Positions 61,001 through 64,000 of a stretch of DNA of 64,000 bases are shown piece by piece. The DNA comes from Candidatus Falkowbacteria bacterium (lineage in GTDB: Bacteria > Patescibacteriota > Patescibacteriia > CAIXNZ01). Within the stretch, counting starts at the first letter, position 1; every line of letters begins with the position of its first letter. The notes below the pieces were generated by a model that saw only the letters and a program-made list of their open reading frames with translations, searched no databases and was not told the DNA's origin. A program made the position numbers and the translations under genes. The stretch is taken from assembly GCA_963774955.1 (NCBI GenBank), contig CAVZGV010000006.1:223224-287223 (forward strand), given 5' to 3'.

Positions 61001-64000
61001 CACATCTACAACGGCTGAATAAGTTACAGTTATATCTATTACTTCGCTGATTGTATAGCTGCCGTCGCCCTTAGCAGTATTTACGGCAGTTATGCTCGGC
61101 GAAGATGTATTAATAACAATAGCATGCGCTGTCGCAAAGGTCCCTACTGCCAGCAAAGTATTATCCGCATTATTTCCTGCCGCATCCTGAATAGTACCTC
61201 CGTTTAAGGTTAAGTCGCCGGTAGTGGAATAGTCCAAGTCTGCGCTGCTATCACCGCCTCCGACTGTATATCTGAACGTCAGAGCATTTGAACCTGTGCC
61301 GCTATTGTATGCTGCTGTTCCTCCTGAATTTAAAGCCAAACTCGGTGTACCGCCGCCAGTATTCACTGTAATCACTTCATCATAAGTCACTGTAATATCT
61401 ATTATTACTCCTGTACTATATGTGCCGTCTGATTTAGCGGTTGTAACTGTTGTGACTGTTGGCGCGGTGGCATCAATTGTGTAATTCAATGTATATGAAG
61501 TTACTGCTTTGTTACCGGCTGTATCTACGCATCTTAAGTAAACTGTCTTAGCTGCTTCACCTGATTCTGTTAATGTACAGTTGGTTGTGCTGGTACAAGT
61601 ATTTGCCATTAAATCATAGGTTGTATCTGAAGTATCCCATTTACAGGTTGCTGCATCGGCATCTGTTGTATAGACAACCAAAGTTGAACTATCATCTGTT
61701 AAATCATAATATGGCGCAGATGTATCTCCGGCTACGCTGGTGATGGCGGTAATTGATGGCGGAGTTGTATCTAAGATAAAATTACCCATACTGGTCCAGG
61801 AAGAAGTTAAGACCCCATCATCATTTTGCGCGCACCAATAATAGGTAGCATCACTGCCGATTGATGAACCGGGTGTCCAGGTTGTACTTTCGTTATTAGT
61901 TGCTGTTGCCGCAGATGTGCCAGAATCAACTATATTACTATTATTATTACAGTCAACTAACGACGTAGATGAAATCCGATAATTCGTTGTGCCGGTATCT
62001 CCGCTGTCAGGATCTGAATAATTGGCTGATAATGTCGGAGTATCATCGTTTGTTGTTGAGCCATTTGAGGGTGATACTAATGTCGGTGCATTCGGTGCCG
62101 TATTACCGGCAGCCGTGGTAATAGCTATTTCTGTGGCATTAGCTTTTTGGCCGGCAAGATCATAAGCCCAGATATTAAAAACATACTGCGTGCTGGCTGA
62201 AAGGCTGCCGACTGTTGTGCTTGTTGTACTATTGTAATCAATAAATCCCAAATCAGAATCAGTGTGCGGTGTATCAGCTTCTGTTACCCCGGACGCTGCC
62301 TGTTTGTAAAATATTTTGTAAGTATCGAAGTTTGTTTCTGTTGTGGCTGCTCCGAAATTTAAGGTTATTGAGTTTATTGTTGTTCCCCCATTAGTTAAAT
62401 TGCCGGGTGCTGTCGGCGCGGTGGCATCAATTGTATAGTCTAACTGCCATGAACTGGTGGCTTTGTTACCGGCTGTATCTACGCATCTTAAGTAAACTGT
62501 CTTAGCAGCTTCACCTGATTCAGTTAATGTACAGTTGGTTGTGCTGGTACAGGTATTTGCCATTAAATCATAGGTTGTATCTGAAGTATCCCATTTACAG
62601 GTTGCTGCGTCTGCATCTGTTGTATAGACAACCAAAGTTGAACTGTCATCTGTTAAATCATAATATGGCGCAGATGTATCTCCGGCTACGCTGGTTATTG
62701 CTGTCACGCTCGGCGCGGTGGCATCAATAGTGTAATCCAATTGATATGAAGTTAAGGCTTTGTTACCGGCTGTATCTACGCATCTTAAGTAAACTGTCTT
62801 AGCAGCTTCGCCTGATTCAGTTAATGTACAGTTGGTTGTGCTGGTACAGGTATTTGCCATTAAATCATAGGTTGTATCTGAAGTATCCCATTTACAGGTT
62901 GCTGCATCGGCATCTGTTGTATAGACAACCAAAGTTGAACTATCATCTGTTAAATCATAATATGGCGCAGATGTATCTCCGGCTACGCTGGTGATGGCGG
63001 TAATTGATGGCGGAGTTGTATCTAAAATAAAATTACCCATACTGGTCCAGGAAGAAGTTAAGACCCCATCATCATTTTGCGCGCACCAATAATAGGTAGC
63101 ATCACTGCCGATTGATGAACCGGGTGTCCAGGTTGTACTTTCGTTATTAGTTGCTGTTGCCGCAGATGTGCCAGAATCAACTATATTACTATTATTATTA
63201 CAGTCAACTAACGACGTAGATGAAATCCGATAATTCGTTGTGCCGGTATCTCCGCTGTCAGGATCTGAATAATTGGCTGATAATGTCGGAGTATCATCGT
63301 TTGTTGTTGAGCCATTTGAGGGTGATACTAATGTCGGTGCATTCGGTGCCGTATTACCGGCAGCCGTGGTAATAGCTATTTCTGTGGCATTAGCTTTTTG
63401 GCCGGCAAGATCATAAGCCCAGATATTAAAAACATACTGCGTGCTGGCTGAAAGGCTGCCGACTGTTGTGCTTGTTGTACTATTGTAATCAATAAATCCC
63501 AAATCAGAATCAGTGTGCGGTGTATCAGCTTCTGTTACCCCGGACGCTGCCTGTTTGTAAAATATTTTGTAAGTATCGAAGTTTGTTTCTGTTGTGGCTG
63601 CTCCGAAATTTAAGGTTATTGAGTTTATTGTTGTTCCCCCATTAGTTAAATTGCCGGGTGCTGTCGGCGCGGTGGCATCAATTGTATAGTCTAACTGCCA
63701 TGAACTGGTGGCTTTGTTACCGGCTGTATCTACGCATCTTAAGTAAACTGTCTTAGCAGCTTCGCCTGATTCTGTTAATGTACAGTTGGTTGTGCTGGTA
63801 CAGGTATTTGCCATTAAATCATAGGTTGTATCTGAAGTATCCCATTTACAGGTTGCTGCATCGGCATCTGTTGTATAGACAACCAAGGTTGAACTGTCAT
63901 CTGTTAAATCATAATATGGCGCAGATGTATCTCCGGCTACGCTGGTTATTGCTGTCACGCTCGGCGCGGTGGCATCAATTGTGTAATCCAATTGATATGA
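58094..64000 (-). CDS. Giant repetitive surface protein (>1965 aa, 5' end outside the window): Cys-containing Ig repeats, FN3, beta/gamma-crystallin, shared surface module, peptidoglycan-binding domain
   Basis: DxTxP-linked Ig modules; crystallin YxxxxYQGRS..ASSIR x2; GDLLK...KLLTDPKVYAV; VKDLQELL...AVIKFQ...GSVGPRTR. Confidence 0.88.
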   Translation of the reverse strand, partial: SYQLDYTIDATAPSVTAITSVAGDTSAPYYDLTDDSSTLVVYTTDADAATCKWDTSDTTYDLMANTCTSTTNCTLTESGEAAKTVYLRCVDTAGNKATSSWQLDYTIDATAPTAPGNLTNGGTTINSITLNFGAATTETNFDTYKIFYKQAASGVTEADTPHTDSDLGFIDYNSTTSTTVGSLSASTQYVFNIWAYDLAGQKANATEIAITTAAGNTAPNAPTLVSPSNGSTTNDDTPTLSANYSDPDSGDTGTTNYRISSTSLVDCNNNSNIVDSGTSAATATNNESTTWTPGSSIGSDATYYWCAQNDDGVLTSSWTSMGNFILDTTPPSITAITSVAGDTSAPYYDLTDDSSTLVVYTTDADAATCKWDTSDTTYDLMANTCTSTTNCTLTESGEAAKTVYLRCVDTAGNKALTSYQLDYTIDATAPSVTAITSVAGDTSAPYYDLTDDSSTLVVYTTDADAATCKWDTSDTTYDLMANTCTSTTNCTLTESGEAAKTVYLRCVDTAGNKATSSWQLDYTIDATAPTAPGNLTNGGTTINSITLNFGAATTETNFDTYKIFYKQAASGVTEADTPHTDSDLGFIDYNSTTSTTVGSLSASTQYVFNIWAYDLAGQKANATEIAITTAAGNTAPNAPTLVSPSNGSTTNDDTPTLSANYSDPDSGDTGTTNYRISSTSLVDCNNNSNIVDSGTSAATATNNESTTWTPGSSIGSDATYYWCAQNDDGVLTSSWTSMGNFILDTTPPSITAITSVAGDTSAPYYDLTDDSSTLVVYTTDADAATCKWDTSDTTYDLMANTCTSTTNCTLTESGEAAKTVYLRCVDTAGNKAVTSYTLNYTIDATAPTVTTVTTAKSDGTYSTGVIIDITVTYDEVITVNTGGGTPSLALNSGGTAAYNSGTGSNALTFRYTVGGGDSSADLDYSTTGDLTLNGGTIQDAAGNNADNTLLAVGTFATAHAIVINTSSPSITAVNTAKGDGSYTISEVIDITVTYSAVVDVAGGTPSLALNSGGTATYNSGTGSNTLTFRYTVGGGENSVDLDYSNTSDLSLNGATIKDAGLNDADNTLPAVGTFAAVHAIVIDTVASTVAITAPSATSTVNGSATFTFTSSEPGTQECNIDGGSWESCASGDAFSTLTDFAGLGQVAFTLNVRDTDAAGNIGSDSRSFTKDTVSPSVTIDQKLGQTDPTNVSPVEFTAVFDEPINTGTFTSVDVSISGTATTGLVTITEVAPNDGTTFNVSVIVTMDGTVIADIPAGGVSDLAGNTNNVSTSTDNTITTDSLPPSVGSITSVAGDITAPYYDTTNDNSTAIVFTSSGDTVNCKWDIVDTTYDLMANSCGSATSCTLNLAGEGSKTVYLRCIDTTGNKSPSSFTLNYTIDSIAPNVTVEQKAGQPDPASSSPVRFTVVFDESIDITTFTSVDVAITGTATTGLVTVTEVAPNDGTTFEILVVVTADGTVIADIGASNVSDLAGNTNNVSTSTDNSITYTAPVGGGGHTFIYPSAYSVSINNGATTTNSTGVTLNLQSQNAAQVVVSNDPNFIGAIWQPFTTPTTMNWTLESGDGIKTVYVIYKSSDGTNSPIINDSIEFYTAIFPPPVEPPVEPPVTPTEPPTPPVQSGDLTFGINPMVILYELTDYQGRSESFTADDPDLRNNTLGQDFASSIRVVGGAIATLFQHINYQGRSEVFTADDGDLADNFIGSNIVSSIRISSSEQIIVRPGDLLKNSEDTVYYYGIDGKRHTFPNENIYNSWYNDFGAVKFMSNEQLSQIPLGKNVTSKPGVRLIKLLTDPKVYAVDLHGTLRWIANEEIAQAVYGSSWEVLIDDLSDAFFVDYKVGDPINSTADFNPVRVIIAASSINYDLNLTAVALSAALVTNFQTPAPATQPTGDSVAACHKTLTFTSLLKVGNNSLEVKDLQELLQCLDYLPADMLSNGHYDSATEVAVIKFQTDNNLDSIGSVGPRTRALLNKY
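61505..64000. repeat. Near-identical 1251-bp tandem duplication with nested 297-bp modules
   Basis: Identical sequence at 62410 vs 63661 and 62710 vs 63961 (offset 1251); 297-bp offset between 62413 and 62710. Confidence 0.9.

Noticed and set aside
58094-64000. Repeats as diversity-generating retroelement template/variable regions
   Set aside because: No reverse transcriptase in the window, and the copy differences I checked are mostly synonymous rather than adenine-specific.

Overview
Low-GC bacterial chromosome segment. Gene content and style (mostly SD-less core genes, DUF5667/ECF pair, four-helix-bundle and GIY-YIG genes with short palindromes, large Ig-repeat surface proteins) suggest Patescibacteria/CPR, Parcubacteria-like; this is inference. 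Genetic code 11. Left half: a cell-envelope region with glycosyltransferases, four surface proteins sharing one unnamed ~120-aa module (including long and short S-layer-like paralogs), RAYT transposases, an ECF sigma/anti-sigma pair, an array of four ~119-bp hairpin repeats before an HTH gene, and a Wzy/Wzz polysaccharide cluster. Centre: smpB-tmRNA, infC-rpmI-rplT, then a higher-GC cassette encoding a B12-binding radical SAM enzyme and a CMPK2-like nucleotide kinase, flanked by a CYTH protein and an orphan TIM-barrel gene; this is the best candidate for an undescribed nucleotide-analogue/antiviral system. Right half: CCA enzyme, cyclophilin, pgi, ppsA and a membrane protein broken by +1 homopolymer insertions (probably sequencing errors), C39-like peptidases, tRNA-Asp, a flotillin, many self-contained SD-led orphan genes, and a giant repeat surface protein running off the window end.
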